From: Octopus vulgaris
Taxonomy: Eukaryota
Assembly (NCBI GenBank): GCA_951406725.2
Contig: OX597832.1
Location: 12,338,001 to 12,402,000, forward strand
Length of the DNA: 64,000 nt
Direction of reading: 5' to 3'
This document shows positions 1 to 13,945 of this stretch, one piece after another (the stretch's first letter is position 1; every line of letters begins with the position of its first letter). The notes under the pieces are model-generated. The model saw only the letters and a list, made by a program, of their open reading frames with translations, made no database searches and was not told where the DNA came from. The position numbers and the translations under genes are program-made.

Positions 1-131
1 TGAAACACTGTTAGTGTAGTGAAATTATTATTGCTAGACCATAAAACCTTGTGATCTTCCGCCCAACATAGCCAAGTTCACAGGAAACCACCACCACTAC
101 TACTATTACTACTACTACTACTACTACTACA

Positions 132-162
<31 letters not shown>

Positions 163-633
163 AATTCCTTTAAATGTAAATCTGAGCACTGGCCTCTTAT
201 CTTCCTTACTGGTGTTACACCGCCCGCTTTGCGATTAAATCACTCCTGGACAATATCCTCATCAGCTCCCCACCAGTAATGACATCATCGTCACCACCAC
301 TCCTCCATTACCATTACCATCGTCGCCGTCATTTTAATCGTAACATCATCCCCATTGTTTTCATCTTTATTCCTTTAAGCACCAGGCTTATCCCTAATCG
401 TCACTGGCTTAATCTTCATATTTAATAATCACCCTCGTTATCATCAATAACAAGAATACTAATTAGCATCGACAGCAATAAAAACAACAAGGAACTTTTA
501 AATAAGCTACACTAAAAGCATCACCAATATCAAAATGGATGCTTCTTCTTTACATGGTCTTTCTACATTTTAGAGGCAGCAGTCAAATCTCCTTGAACGT
601 AAACCCTATCATTTCAGAATGTATATTCACATA

Positions 634-939
634 GGCGTAGGATTGGCTGTGTGGTTAGTAGCTTGCTTACTAACCACATGGTTCCGAGTTCAGTCCCACT
701 GCGTGGCACCTTGGGTGTCTTCTACTATAGCCTCGGGCCGACAAAAGCCTTGGGTGTGGATTTGGAAGAAGGAAACAGAAAAGAAGCCCGTCTTATATAT
801 GTATATATATATATATTATATGTGTGTGTTTGTGTGTCTTTGTTTGTCCACCCACCCAACATCGCTTGACAACCGATGCTGGTGTGTTTACGCCCCCTTA
901 AGCTAGCGGTTCGGCAAAAGGGACCGGTAGAATAAGTAC
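634..939 (+). mobile_element. SINE family B (tRNA-derived, CORE-like; possibly Octopus OR2-type), 3'-truncated
   Basis: Head ggcgtaggattggctgtgtggt...ggttccgagttcagtccc (A/B boxes), CORE-like ccttggg..gtgtcttctactatagcctcggg, internal (TA)/(TG) tract. Homologous to copies at 20092, 23082 and 60779. Confidence 0.85.
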
Positions 940-947
940 ATGCCCCA

Positions 948-1395
948 TTTCGTCTGTCTTTACTTTATGAGTTCAAATGCCTTCGACTTCGCCTTTCATC
1001 ATTTCGGGGTCGGTGAAATAAGTACGAACGGAGCACTGGGTCTGATTTTTTGTTTGTTCCTTCTTGAGCCATGCCTAGTTCATACGGGCCGGTTTCCCGG
1101 TTTCTTGGCGTATAGGTTCCCCACCTTGACGGGACACCGGTCCATCGCAGGTGAGCTGCAAGATGCAGGAGGAAAGAGTGAGAAAAAGTTGTGGCGAAGA
1201 AGTTTCGCCATTATATTCTGCCGGAGCCGCGTGGAGCTTAGGTGTTTCGCTCATAAACACATACATCACCCGGTCTGAGATTCGAATCCGGGATCCCTCG
1301 ACCGCGAGTCCGCTGCTCTAACCACAAGGCCATGTGCCTCCACACTGGGTTTGATGGGAGCGATTAGTCCCTTCCTCTAAAATGGTAGGCCTTTT
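948..1395 (+). mobile_element. Old SINE family A copy split by a nested family C SINE
   Basis: gagttcaaat...gcctttcatc.tttcggggtcg..aaataagtac...cactggg runs up to 1046 and continues after 1343. Confidence 0.7.
1047..1342 (-). mobile_element. SINE family C (tRNA-derived), full length, with TSD
   Basis: Minus strand begins ggaggcacatggccttgtggttagagcagcggactcgcgg...ggattcgaatc (A/B boxes). It is flanked by cactgggtctgat (1034-1046) and cactgggtttgat (1343-1355). The head is homologous to 51760. Confidence 0.85.
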
Positions 1396-1653
1396 CTGTT
1401 ATCAAAGATCATTTCCATTATCATACTGTCACTATTGTAACGACGAAAGGCACCGAGATAACAAAATCTTTAGAGCTTCAGAAAAAATGCTTTACTATAT
1501 TTCTTCCGGTTGAAGAGAGGGAGTTGCCAGAATCATTAGCACGTTGGGCAAAATGCTTAGAAGTATTTCGTCCGTATTTAAGTTCGGAGTTCAAATTCTG
1601 CCTAGGTGAACTTTGCTTTTCATTCTTTCCGAGTCGATAAAATAAGTACCTGT

Positions 1654-2066
1654 GGCGGCGAGCTGGCAGAAACGTTAGCACGCCGGGCGAAATGCTTAGC
1701 GGTATTTCGTCTGCGTTACGTTGTGAGTTCAAATTCCGCCGAGGTCGACTTTGCCTTTCATCCTTTCGGGGTCGATAAATTAAGTACCAGTTACGCACTG
1801 GGGTCGATGTAATCGACTTAATACCTATGTCTGTCCTTGTTTGTTCCCTCTGTGTTTGGCCCCTTGTGGGTAATAAAGAAATAGGCATTTCGTCTGCGTT
1901 ACGTTGTGAGTTCAAATTCCGCCGAGGTCGACTTTGCCTTTCATCCTTTCGGGGTTGATAAATTAAGTACCAGTTACGCACTGGGGTCGATGTAATCGAC
2001 TTAATACCTATGTCTGTCCTTGTTTGTCCCCTCTGTGTTTAGCCCCTTGTGGGTAATAAAGAAATA
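1654..2066 (+). mobile_element. Young SINE family A, full unit plus 183-bp internal duplication, nested in an older family A copy (~1517-2160)
   Basis: Head ggcggcgagctggcagaaacgttagc, B-box gagttcaaattcc; 1701-1883 is repeated at 1884-2066. Perfect 18-bp TSD gataaaataagtacctgt at 1636-1653 and 2067-2084. Confidence 0.92.
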
Positions 2067-3931
2067 GATAAAATAAGTACCTGTTGAGCAATGGGTCTGA
2101 CGTAATCAACTTACCCACTCTCTCGTCTCTGTGGTCTTTTGCCAAAATTTGAATCCGATATTTCATTGAGCTCATTACGTTTTGAGTTTCAATTCCGTCG
2201 CCGTTGAATCTGCCTTTCATTCTTTCAGGATCGGTAAACCAGTTGAGTGTTGAGGTTGGGTGTAATCGAGTAACACCCTACCACCGAAAATTGCTAGTCT
2301 TGTGCCAAAATTTGAAACTACTATTATAACCACCACCTACAACAACAACAACTTAATTATCATAAACTTAATTATCATACCACCACCCAGCATTACTAAA
2401 AAAAATATTCCCACTGATACCATCTTTAGAGTTACAGCACTTCCTACACGATTTTGATTCCATGGAATCCAGTCACATTCCTTATCGACAATTATACATA
2501 ACAGTATAAATAATATCAACAATTGCAAACACAACAGCAGCAGCAGCAGCAGCAGCAGGAACAGCAGCAGCAGCAGCGGCAGCCCTGCTACCAGCAGCAG
2601 TTACAGCAGCACTGCCACAGGCAGTAGCAGCAGTAGTAGTAGTATTAGCAATAGCTTCAGCAGAGGAATCGGCAGAACGTCTATAAGCAGTCGTACAGCA
2701 GTAGCACAAAGAGAAGCTGAAAATATTTTTCATTCATAGGCACAAGGCCAGATATTTGGAGATAGGGGAAAACAGACGAGCACATAGATTCCAGCACATA
2801 GCTGGTAATTTATTCGAATGAGCTCGAAAGGCTGAATCATAAATATGATCTTGACTGGATCTGAACTCACTACATGAAACGTTGGAGCATATAACGCAAG
2901 GCACGTTGTCCTTCAATGCTATAGAATTTAACAATTTATTCCGGTTCTTAATGCAGAAGCAATAAATGATATTTACTTACGTAGGCTGAAATTTCTTTCA
3001 GAATGGAGATTGGGAATATAGTTGATAATATCAACCTTAGTATATAGTTGGTGCTTTAGTTTATGGATCCCTTGATGATAAAATGTAAAGTCGACATCGG
3101 TAGTATATAAATTCAAAACTTCTTGGGCCGCCACTAAAAGTCGTAAGAGACTTTATAATACCCTCTCACGATTCTACCAATCCAATATCTTCAACCAATA
3201 AATGACAACTTAGACAGGCAAAAGGGTTAAAAAAACATCAAAAGTAGATCAAGAAAAATTACTGGTAATTACTGGTACTCTATTTTCTGAATCCCAAAAT
3301 TAACATATAAAAATTGGTCCCGGTGGGGTTCGAGCATGTAACGTTAAGAAAGGTAATTGGACGTACTATAACGCATTATTATACCATACGCTAGTGATTC
3401 TGCTATTAAATATCCCATGCTCGAAGCAATAACTAGTAATACACGACGAAAATAGTTTCTAAAACAAATGCACCGAGTGAAACTAATATCATTACGAAAG
3501 TACATATTAAAGCAAGCGTTTGTTCAGGTATCCTAAAAAATTAAAAGCAAAAACAAAGTGTTGGTAAACAATCCCTTTAACACCTCTTTCTTAGTTCCGT
3601 ACCTAAATTTACTAATATTATAATGGTGATTTTGTTCATTCTTTAACTTCATTCTGCATTCCTTCCAATCTGATTTCCTATGTTCTTCTTTCTTACTTTC
3701 CATTCTTTCTTCCGTTATTCCTTTGTTTCTTTCGCGTAGTGCTTATGCATTTCGATCGGATCTACAACGAGGATCGCACCGTGTCCGCCCCGGCTTAGAA
3801 AAGAAAGAATATTTGCTATGCTATGTGTGCGCATATGTATGTATATATGCATGCATCTGCATGTATGTATATACACATAAATATATACACATATACAGAT
3901 ACACACATACACATGCGCACACACGCTCAAA

Positions 3932-3982
<51 letters not shown>

Positions 3983-4571
3983 CATGCATATGTATATCTG
4001 TATTTATAAGAAAAATGATCTGATAGTGATTAGTAAATCGTCTCGACGCCGGTGGGTTTAGAATATGGCGTCATTTAAGTATATAAGAAGATAGATAACT
4101 TATTAAATAAAAAACTACACCTAATAATAATAATAATAATAATAATAATATTAATATAACGATTATTATTATTATTATTATTATAGTACTTGTAAAACAA
4201 TCAGAAACGAAAAAAAAACAACAAGGTATTAAATTTGAAACATATTGGTAAAAAAAAGATATATTGTTCAACGAAAATCAAAAATAAAGCTATATACATT
4301 AAACAACACCGGTATTAAAAACAATTATGACAATTAATAATAACAAATATGTGTTCGTTTTATTGGATAATGTGTGTTTACAACTTTTTATTGCGCTTTC
4401 TTTTAATTTTTCTGTGGGATGAGATGAAAAGAGGAGATACAATGTAATGAAATAAAAGAGAACGTAATAAAAAAAAGTAAAACAAACTTCAAAGGCGATA
4501 AAACAAAGAAATAACAGAACAAAAAAAAAACGGTAATAATTATATGCAAACAAACACACACAGAACACAGA

Positions 4572-4604
<33 letters not shown>

Positions 4605-4739
4605 CACACACACGCACATACTCACACTCACACTCACACACATATATAGAGCTAGAGGGAGAGATAGATAGATGGATAGAGAGACAGACAGTTAGATAGA
4701 TGGCTATATATATATGTGTATATATACACATATATATAT

Positions 4740-4779
<40 letters not shown>

Positions 4780-5244
4780 TTATATGTTCATTTAAACACA
4801 CACACACATATATGTATGTATAGATAGATAGTTAGATAAATAGTTAGGTAGATAGAGATAGATAGATAGATATATATAGATAGATGTAGATATATGCACG
4901 TAAATATAGATGTAGACAAAGACACACAGACTGATAGACAGACAGATACATAGACAAACAGATAGATAGACAGGAAAATACGAAGTTATATTCGTATATA
5001 TATGTAAATATATAAACAGAAATATAAAGGTATAAATACATATAAATAACTATATTGATTAATATAGAAATATTGATGTCGGTTCGAGTGCAATAATTGG
5101 ACAACATATTAAATACAAAAAAAAAATATCCCAAAACAAATAGTGGAAAATAATACGAAAAAAATATAAATAGTAAAATAGCGGACAAGTATATTTGACA
5201 TTATTAATATGAGGGAAAAATAATAGTATACTCAAGGTAATTAC

Positions 5245-5275
5245 GTATATATATATATATACATATATACTATAT

Positions 5276-5325
<50 letters not shown>

Positions 5326-5404
5326 AACACACACACACACATATATATATACATACATACATACATATATATATATATATACACACACATATATATATAC
5401 ATAC

Positions 5405-5464
<60 letters not shown>

Positions 5465-5502
5465 GTATATACATATATATATATATATATTTATACATAT
5501 AT

Positions 5503-5567
<65 letters not shown>

Positions 5568-5660
5568 TACACATATATATATACATATACATATATACAC
5601 ATATATATGCACAAATATATATATAAATACATATATATATATTTATACATTTATATACAC

Positions 5661-5701
<41 letters not shown>

Positions 5702-5765
5702 CAAATATACACATATATATACACACACATATATATATAAATATATATGTGTGTGTGTGTGTGTA
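5245..5765. repeat. Compound (TA)n/(CA)n microsatellite
   Basis: Directly visible. Confidence 0.95.
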
Positions 5766-5974
5766 CGTATATGTCCGCGTGTGCGCGCGCAACAGAATGT
5801 AAGGAAGCACATCTAACAGGGAACGAGGGAAAAAATGAAGAAACTAAAAGCAATTTATTACAAATTGGAAATTGCATTTATATACCTCAAAAGTATATAC
5901 AGAGTATTTTTTTTTCCTTAATAAAAGCAACGGTGAGGTAAACAACTTGGTGTATATGTGTGCACGCATGCGTC

Positions 5975-6005
<31 letters not shown>

Positions 6006-6627
6006 GTTTTCTTATAAGATATGATATATTTATAAGTGAATGACTCTGAGCGGGTAATCGTGTTCGACTATGTACGAGCGCGCGCGATCGTATGAGATGT
6101 GTGAGACTATGTGGAAGAGATTGTGTGCATGCATGTGTGTGTATGTGTGAGCGTGCGTGTAAGCGTGCGTTTTGGTGTCTATATATAAAGCAACAGTCAA
6201 TGAATGCCTATATGGTAGAAAAATTGGCTAGAAAGCATAGCCAAATTCTACTTAAATTAGAATAGGTACTTGACTAGAAATTTTTAAAAAGCAAATAAAA
6301 AGAAAAAAAAAATCTCGCCAAATCTGAGATATCGATGGAATGATCATGGCTAGAGGGTCTCTACTTGTAGATCTGCTTTATTCAGGTATTAACCTAGATG
6401 CTAAGCAACAATATAAACTTGTAAATAACATGTGTGTGTGTGTGTGTGTGTGTGTGTAAACATTATTAACCTTTGTAAAAAATATTGGTCATATGTAAGT
6501 ATGTATGTCATACGTATGTACATACTACAAATGTTAATAATGTTTTGAGGAGACGGGACGAAGTACAGGGAAAAAAATTTGATCATGTATGCATATGTGT
6601 GTGTGCGTGTCTATATAAATTTACATA

Positions 6628-6630
6628 TAA

Positions 6631-6709
<79 letters not shown>

Positions 6710-6738
6710 CCCATCTATCTATCTATCTATCTATCTAC

Positions 6739-6806
<68 letters not shown>

Positions 6807-6825
6807 ATATATATATATATATATG
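6628..6825. repeat. (CTAT)n tetranucleotide microsatellite
   Basis: Directly visible. Confidence 0.95.
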
Positions 6826-6883
6826 CATACGCAGGTATGCATACATTCATATATATATAAATAAATATATGTACATGAATATT

Positions 6884-6919
<36 letters not shown>

Positions 6920-7615
6920 CATGTATCGTAAGATCAGACGAAATGTTTACAGAAAGAGAGAAAAAAAAACTCATACAAATTTAAGGAAACAACACAAACA
7001 ACAATATATATATATATATAAGTGTGTGTGTGTGTGTGTACCTGCCTACGTGCGTATGTGTGTGTGTACTTGTGTGTGTGTGTGCCTGTGTGTTTGTGCG
7101 TGCGCGCTATTTCGTGTGCGAGTATGTATTTATGTACACAAACATTTCTGTATGTTGATACTTGTAAGCAAAGAGAAGGGAAATATCTCACGAAAGACCA
7201 GAGTGGAGAGTCTTTGACATTTACACCGACGAGGCAAGTACGGTGGTAGGTAAACAGCGGGTAGGAGGTGAGTAGTAGTAGTAATAGGAGTGAAAAAGAT
7301 GAAACCTATCAAACAAATATAACGTCTATATCAATAATAATGAACTAGTTTCACTGTCTTTAAACAATAATAACAAAACAATCGCAGTAAACGAAACAAT
7401 AGCAAGAGAGCGGGGGTGGGGAGAGGAGAGGGAGCTTCAATTGAAATACATGACGTGCTAGAAATAGCAGCTAAATCACCTTCTCAAATTACAAGCTACT
7501 GGGTTCTTCTGCTCCTGAATAATTTTCTAAGCATGCATAAAAATATAATGGTATGCTCGAAGCACAAATGCTATATACAGATATATGCGTGAGGTTGTGT
7601 TTGTGTGTGGGTTGC

Positions 7616-7646
<31 letters not shown>

Positions 7647-7920
7647 TGTATGTATGTATGTATGTGCATTGATTAAGCTTTGTGCAATGGCCATACTTGA
7701 TAACGAAGGGGCAGTCACCATGTATGTATATACATATTTATATATATGTATATATAAATATGTTGTGTGTATAGGAATACACACCTACACACACAGTCAT
7801 TCACACACGCACATTTTGTTATTAATAAACTTTAGAAGTTACAGAAAGCAAAATACTCCGCCCTTGAAACACTGTTACTACTAGATTCATATTTTTTAAA
7901 AATAACTTGTATGTGTAAAT

Positions 7921-7961
<41 letters not shown>

Positions 7962-7964
7962 TAT

Positions 7965-8290
7965 ATGTAGAAAAATACAAACTGGGACAAGAACGTAAAA
8001 CATTAACAAGACGGTACAAAAAACACGGACGGGACATTCGAAGCCTTCAATCTTCAGTCAAGAACCGGATCATCCTAGCAATTTCGGCTGAGTAATCTTG
8101 AGATCGCTCCGATCCGGCCAGCCCCAAGGAATAACTAAGCTACGAGCATTAGCTTTCTTGGAAAAAGGATCGAATGTATACGAAACAGGGAGAGAAAAAC
8201 GGACGATGCCACACGAATAAAAAATACAAAAAACAATATTAGTAAAAAGAGGACAAAAACACCGGGTGTCTTACGACTAATAGACAGTAC
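7965..8290. mobile_element. Unclassified interspersed repeat fragment inserted next to (TA)n
   Basis: CpG-rich, non-microsatellite block with a GGCTG...CAGCC-GAAA hairpin on the minus strand. It resembles the other microsatellite-embedded modules but lacks a hammerhead core. Confidence 0.3.
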
Positions 8291-8802
8291 AACTTTGTTT
8301 GCACATATCTATCCGTATGTATGTATGTATGCATGTATGTATACATGTATATAAACATGATATACATATCAATATGTAATAATAATAATAAAAAAAACAT
8401 GTTACTGAGTAGAGACATGAAAATAATAGTAAGGTTATGTAAGGTCATGATTATCATATTCTCATATACATACTTATAAAAAATACTTATTTGCCTACAC
8501 CCAAACACATTTACAAACACACACACACACACATATACACTACATTGTGTGCATGCATCTGGACACATCTTCAGAGATGCGCCTGGTATCATCGGGTATT
8601 TCGGGTCTTTCATCATCATACACCCTCCTCCAGGTAATCCAGCTGGGCCTGATCAGACCCCAGCGTCTGTCCAGATGGCCAGGTAGCTACTGGATGGCTC
8701 TCCTCTTTTGATCTATCCATATATATACATGTACATATACATATATACCTATATAAATACATAAGACACACCATCAGTCAGACAGACAGATAGGTAGACA
8801 AG

Positions 8803-8814
8803 ATAGATAGATAA

Positions 8815-8847
<33 letters not shown>

Positions 8848-9330
8848 ATGATAGATAGATAGATAGATAGATAGACAAATAAATAGATACATAGATCGAT
8901 TGATAGATAGACAAATAAATAGATACATAGATCGATTGATAGATAGATAGATAGAATGATAGATAGATAGATAGACAAATAAATAGATAGATAGAATGAT
9001 AGATAGATAGATAGACAAATAAATAGATAGATAGAATGATAGATAGATAGATAGATAGATAGATAGACAAATAAATAGATACATAGATCGATTGATAGAT
9101 AGACAAATAAATAGATACATAGATCGATTGATAGATAGATAGATAGAATGATAGATAGATAGATAGATAGACAAATAAATAGATATATAGAATGATAGAT
9201 AGATAGAATGATAGATAGATAGACAAATAAATAGATAGATAGAATGATAGATCGATAGATAGATAGATAGATTGATAGATAGATTGATAGATAGATAGAT
9301 AGATAGATAGAATGATAGATAGATAGACAA
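8803..9330. repeat. (GATA)n tract with higher-order repeat blocks
   Basis: Recurrent acaaataaatagatacatagatcgattgatag and agaatgatag variants. Confidence 0.95.
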
Positions 9331-9657
9331 ATGAACGGTATCGGTAGCGTTAGCTTTAACTAACTTGTGTGAATGCATGAGAATTTTCTGATATCGTGCA
9401 CGCTTATTTTGCTGTGTTCGTGTGTTCGTCAAGAAAACTATAAACTGAATTCAGCAAATGACCGATCCATCCGCCCTCGTTTACAATACAGTGCGAAGTA
9501 TGCATCTGTTCTTATTTTAACTATGTTGGCTAATCTACAACATCCCACCCAGCTCTCTATCATATCATTGTCCTTCAAGCCATCCATCTAATTACTACTT
9601 AACCATCCAATCATTCCTACATACGCTATCTTATAAGTACATACATACTTTAATACT

Positions 9658-9714
<57 letters not shown>

Positions 9715-10279
9715 TATATTAATATATATATATATTAATGTATATATACGTATGTAAGCCTATTAAGCAAGTAGTTCCTGGGTCTTATTGTACTTCAGCG
9801 ATGTAAATATTCATCGACTATATACATAAACTTACCAGCCAAAAGAGGTATCGTCAATGTGGTCATTAAATCCGCAAGAAATAGCAGCCAATTTCCCTGA
9901 AATTACATTAAGCCATTTCAAAACAAAAGAAAAATAAATTATAAATACTTAAAGGGCACGCGGAAAAATACCGTCCGATTAGTCAAAGAAAGATGGAGGG
10001 GTTATGATCGTGTTTGGGATGTCTTTTAATAGAAGTCTGTCAACTCAATCATTCTTTAGCAGAGTGTAAACAACAACAACAGCATCAACATCATCAACAT
10101 CAGCATTGCTGTATCAGATATCTCTCCTTAATAGAGAGGGAGATAACAGGAGGCGCATGTTATACAAACTTGCGAAAGATTTCTTACCCGATGCATGCAT
10201 ACTGTTCTATATTCGGACCCTTATCATAGCACAAGGACTTATATTACAATTTGTGGATTGATAGAACCATCACGGCCCT

Positions 10280-10570
10280 TTACGGTGTGAGTCCAAATCC
10301 CGCCGAGGTCATCTTTACCTTTTTTGCTTTCAGGAAACGATAAACAGATCCCGTTGAAATACTGGGGTCCATGCGTGCTGCCAAAATCGTTAGCACGCCG
10401 GGCTCAATGCTTAGCGGCATTTCGTCCGTAATTTTACATTCTGAGTTCAAATTCCACCGAAGTCGACTTCGCCTTTCATCCAATTAAGTACCAGTGAAGC
10501 ACTGGGGTCGATGTAATTGATTCATCCCCTACCTCAAAATTTCTGCCCTTCTGGCAAAATTTGAAACCAT
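10280..10570 (+). mobile_element. Degenerate family A SINE copies
   Basis: cgttagcacgccggg...gagttcaaattcc...taagtaccag...cactggggtcgatgtaat and the tail caaaatttgaaacc. Confidence 0.75.
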
Positions 10571-12332
10571 TATTATTAGTAATTACAGCAGGACATCAAA
10601 AACGAGCATAAATCCCCCTTAAACTATTAATATATCCGTAGATTAATTTACATGTTTAAATCGATACTGGTAGTTTATCCTTGAAATACTTGTTCTTTTA
10701 TTTATTTATTTACTTATTTTATTTTCATTAATGTAACTATTAACTATTAACCTGATCTTTATTCAATTCGCAATTAACTTATTTAGCTACCTATCTATGG
10801 CTGTTTACCTCATAAACAGAATAATTTATTTAAACGTTTACTAGGCGTTTTTATAATAATTAGAAGCCACTTCCGTCAATGTAGTAGTAATAGTAGTAGT
10901 AGTGGTAGTAGTAGTGTTTATCTGTTGTTGTTGTTGCTGTTGTTGTTTTTCCTTGATGCTCTACTTGAAGTTTAAGCTCATTATATCTGTTAGGCTGGTA
11001 GCTGTTTTTACAACTAACGTTTAAACTCTATGACCAGGAGATTAAAAAAAAAAAAAGAAAAAAGGAAAAGGATTATATTACATCGAACCAAGAGAGAGAA
11101 CCAAAGCAACAACAACAAAAAAAAAGAAAGAAAAAAGTACAATCATTGCAAAAAAAAAGAAAAAGGACACAAAAAGTCAAAAAGTACATGGCCTTACAAA
11201 CGGGAGTTAAAATAGCAGGAAAAACAGAGGAACCAAAAAAAAATAAATTATAAATAATGAATTAATTATAAATAATATTGATTGTGTGCCAAGGGGAGAT
11301 TTATTAATTACAAAAGTAAAATAGTAATAATAATAATAGTAATAATAATAATAATAATAATGGCGTCAATGGGATAGAACATTAAAAAAAAAAAATACGG
11401 GTGCAGGACGTGGGGTTTACACGAAAATCGAATGTGTAGGAATAACAAGAACGAAGGATTAACGGCTAATGTATATTCGTCTGTCCGAGAGGATAATTAC
11501 TACTACTGCTACTACTACTACTACTACTGTTTTCACTTCGACTACTACCACGACAACTACCGGACGTTAGGAAATATACAGACTGTACAGGTGTACTTGC
11601 CTGACCTGCGTTGGCTAGATTTTGTTTTTTTTAAGTTTTTACTGAAGATGAATCTACGTTTATAGACATATGTGTGTCTATGAGGTGTGTTTATATACAG
11701 ACTGCAATCCATGTAGCCATTTTAAATATACATTGAACATATACAGACGTATGCCAGCCACACAAACATATGCCCACATGAACACGTACATAACATGTAA
11801 ACAGAGAAACACATCGTATACAAGTATTTATTGATGCACTCATATTTGTTTAATATTTAGGGGAAAAACATGTTTATGAAATAATGCATTTTTATGCATT
11901 TAAAAAAAAAAATTATTACGGAATTCATATAACGGATGTTTTAAGCCCAAGGAAAAAAAAAACTTTAAAACAATTGATTGTTCATTAGTGTGTTGTATTT
12001 TTCTTATTTTGTTGTGACCATCACCAATACGGCAAAGCTGGAGCATTAAATTTGAAAAAAAAAAACCTCAAAAAAAACAGTGATGAACAAAATATATCTT
12101 GCTAATTATTTTGCTGCAAAAAAGGAAACAAAATTTATTCTGTTAATAACACATATTTCGGATAAACTGACCACGTGATGACACCAGCATATATGTCGGA
12201 TGTGTAAATACTGTTAAATAAAAGTTGTGAAGAAATTTTTTTCTCGTCTTGCCTAAAAGTGATTAACTCGAAAATAGATGTTATCAATGTTTTCTCTTTC
12301 GCTTTATCTCTCTCATTTCATAAACGTAATAT

Positions 12333-12406
<74 letters not shown>

Positions 12407-12483
12407 TTCACACGCACATGCATTTCACATTGTATGTATGTATATGTATATATATATATATATATAAAGGGAGAGATAGGTGG

Positions 12484-12531
<48 letters not shown>

Positions 12532-13303
12532 TTATTTATTTATATATATATTTATATATACATACACACACATGCAAATGAACACATCTCTCTCACTCTC
12601 TCTCTCTCAATGCCTCAAACTCTGTCTCACTCCACTTTTCTCCATGTATAAAGATGCACATATGTGGATAAAAAAGTACTTAAAGTATACATGGTCCTCT
12701 AACTTTTATTATTGTTATCAAAATTATAGGGACACAAACGATCAACTTAACTTAATTTTTACGAAAAACGTCCTAAATTAATCGTTATTAGGGATTTCCA
12801 GTATATATAGAAAAACATGTTTGTGTGAATGTACATAAATGTGTGTGTGTGGGGAGAATGAGTCTGTGTGTTTGAATGTATGAGTGCGTGATATGGTGTG
12901 TGTATGTCTATGTGTGCATACAGTATGCGTTTTTGTGTACTTAATAAATATATGTAAACGCTTTTGTAGTTTAATGTACGTTAAAATCTGGTCATTCTGT
13001 TTGTTACGCTATTATTTGTATTGCACGTATATAATAACGAGATTATATCTCAAAATATATAATCTCGGATGAAGAATATCCGTAGATTACATACAGCGAA
13101 AAAAATATAAATACACACATACACATACATACACACACATATATATATATGAATATAAAACACACCATGGCCAATACAACCACCGGCACCGCTAGCTACA
13201 CCAACAACGCTGCAATATTAACAACCTTAACACAAACAAAAAGAGCAAAATATGAAATTACAACGACTCTAACAAGAACAAAAATAATATTCAGTTAAAT
13301 AAA

Positions 13304-13945
13304 GGTGGCGAGCTGGCAGAAACGTTAGCATGCCGGGCGAAATGCTTAGCAGTATTTCGTCTGCCGTTATGTTCTGAGTTCAAATTCCGCAGAGGTAGCC
13401 TTTGCCTTTCATCCTTTCGAGATCGATAAATTAAATACCAGTTACGCACTGGGGAGGGGGGATGTAATCGACTTAATCCCTTTGTCTGTCTTTATTGTCC
13501 CCTCTATGTTTAGCCCCTTGTGGGCAATAAAGAAAGGAAAAACGTTTGCACGCTGGCCGAAATGCTTAGCGGCATTTCGCTTGTCTTTACTTTCTGAGTT
13601 CAAATTCCGCCGAGGTTGACTATGCCTTTCATTTTTCCAATGTCGATAAATTAAGTACCAGTTGCGTTCTGGAGTCAATCTAATCGACTGGTCCACGCCC
13701 TCAAAATACTCGGGCCTTGTGCTTAGCATAGAAAGAAATATTCTGTTAAAGAAGGCAGTCGAGCTGGCAGAAACTTTAGCGGTATTTCGTCTATCTTTAC
13801 GTATTGAGTTCAAATTCCGCCGAGGTCGACTTTGCTTTCATCTTTTCGGTGTCGATAAATTAAGTACCACTTGCGTACTGGGGTCGATCAAGTCCACTGG
13901 GCCCCTCCTCACAAAAATTAGGGCCTTGTGTCTTGAGTTGGAAAG
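13304..13945 (+). mobile_element. Head-to-tail array of three family A SINEs
   Basis: Three B-box/central-domain units (about 13304, 13540, 13752) with two different tail types. The flanking 14-mer aatattc(a/t)gttaaa occurs at 13286, 13737 and 13946. Confidence 0.88.

Noticed and set aside
1478-1981. 167-aa ORF with an internal repeat (RNWYLIYRPRKDERQSRPRRNLNS)
   Set aside because: Antisense translation of tandem family A SINEs; the same peptide recurs wherever the SINE occurs.
8030-8135. Possible hammerheads on the minus strand (CTGAAGA...GAAT; GGCTG...CAGCC-GAAA)
   Set aside because: The first lacks GAAA and a viable stem II; the second lacks the CTGANGA core and a palindromic stem III.
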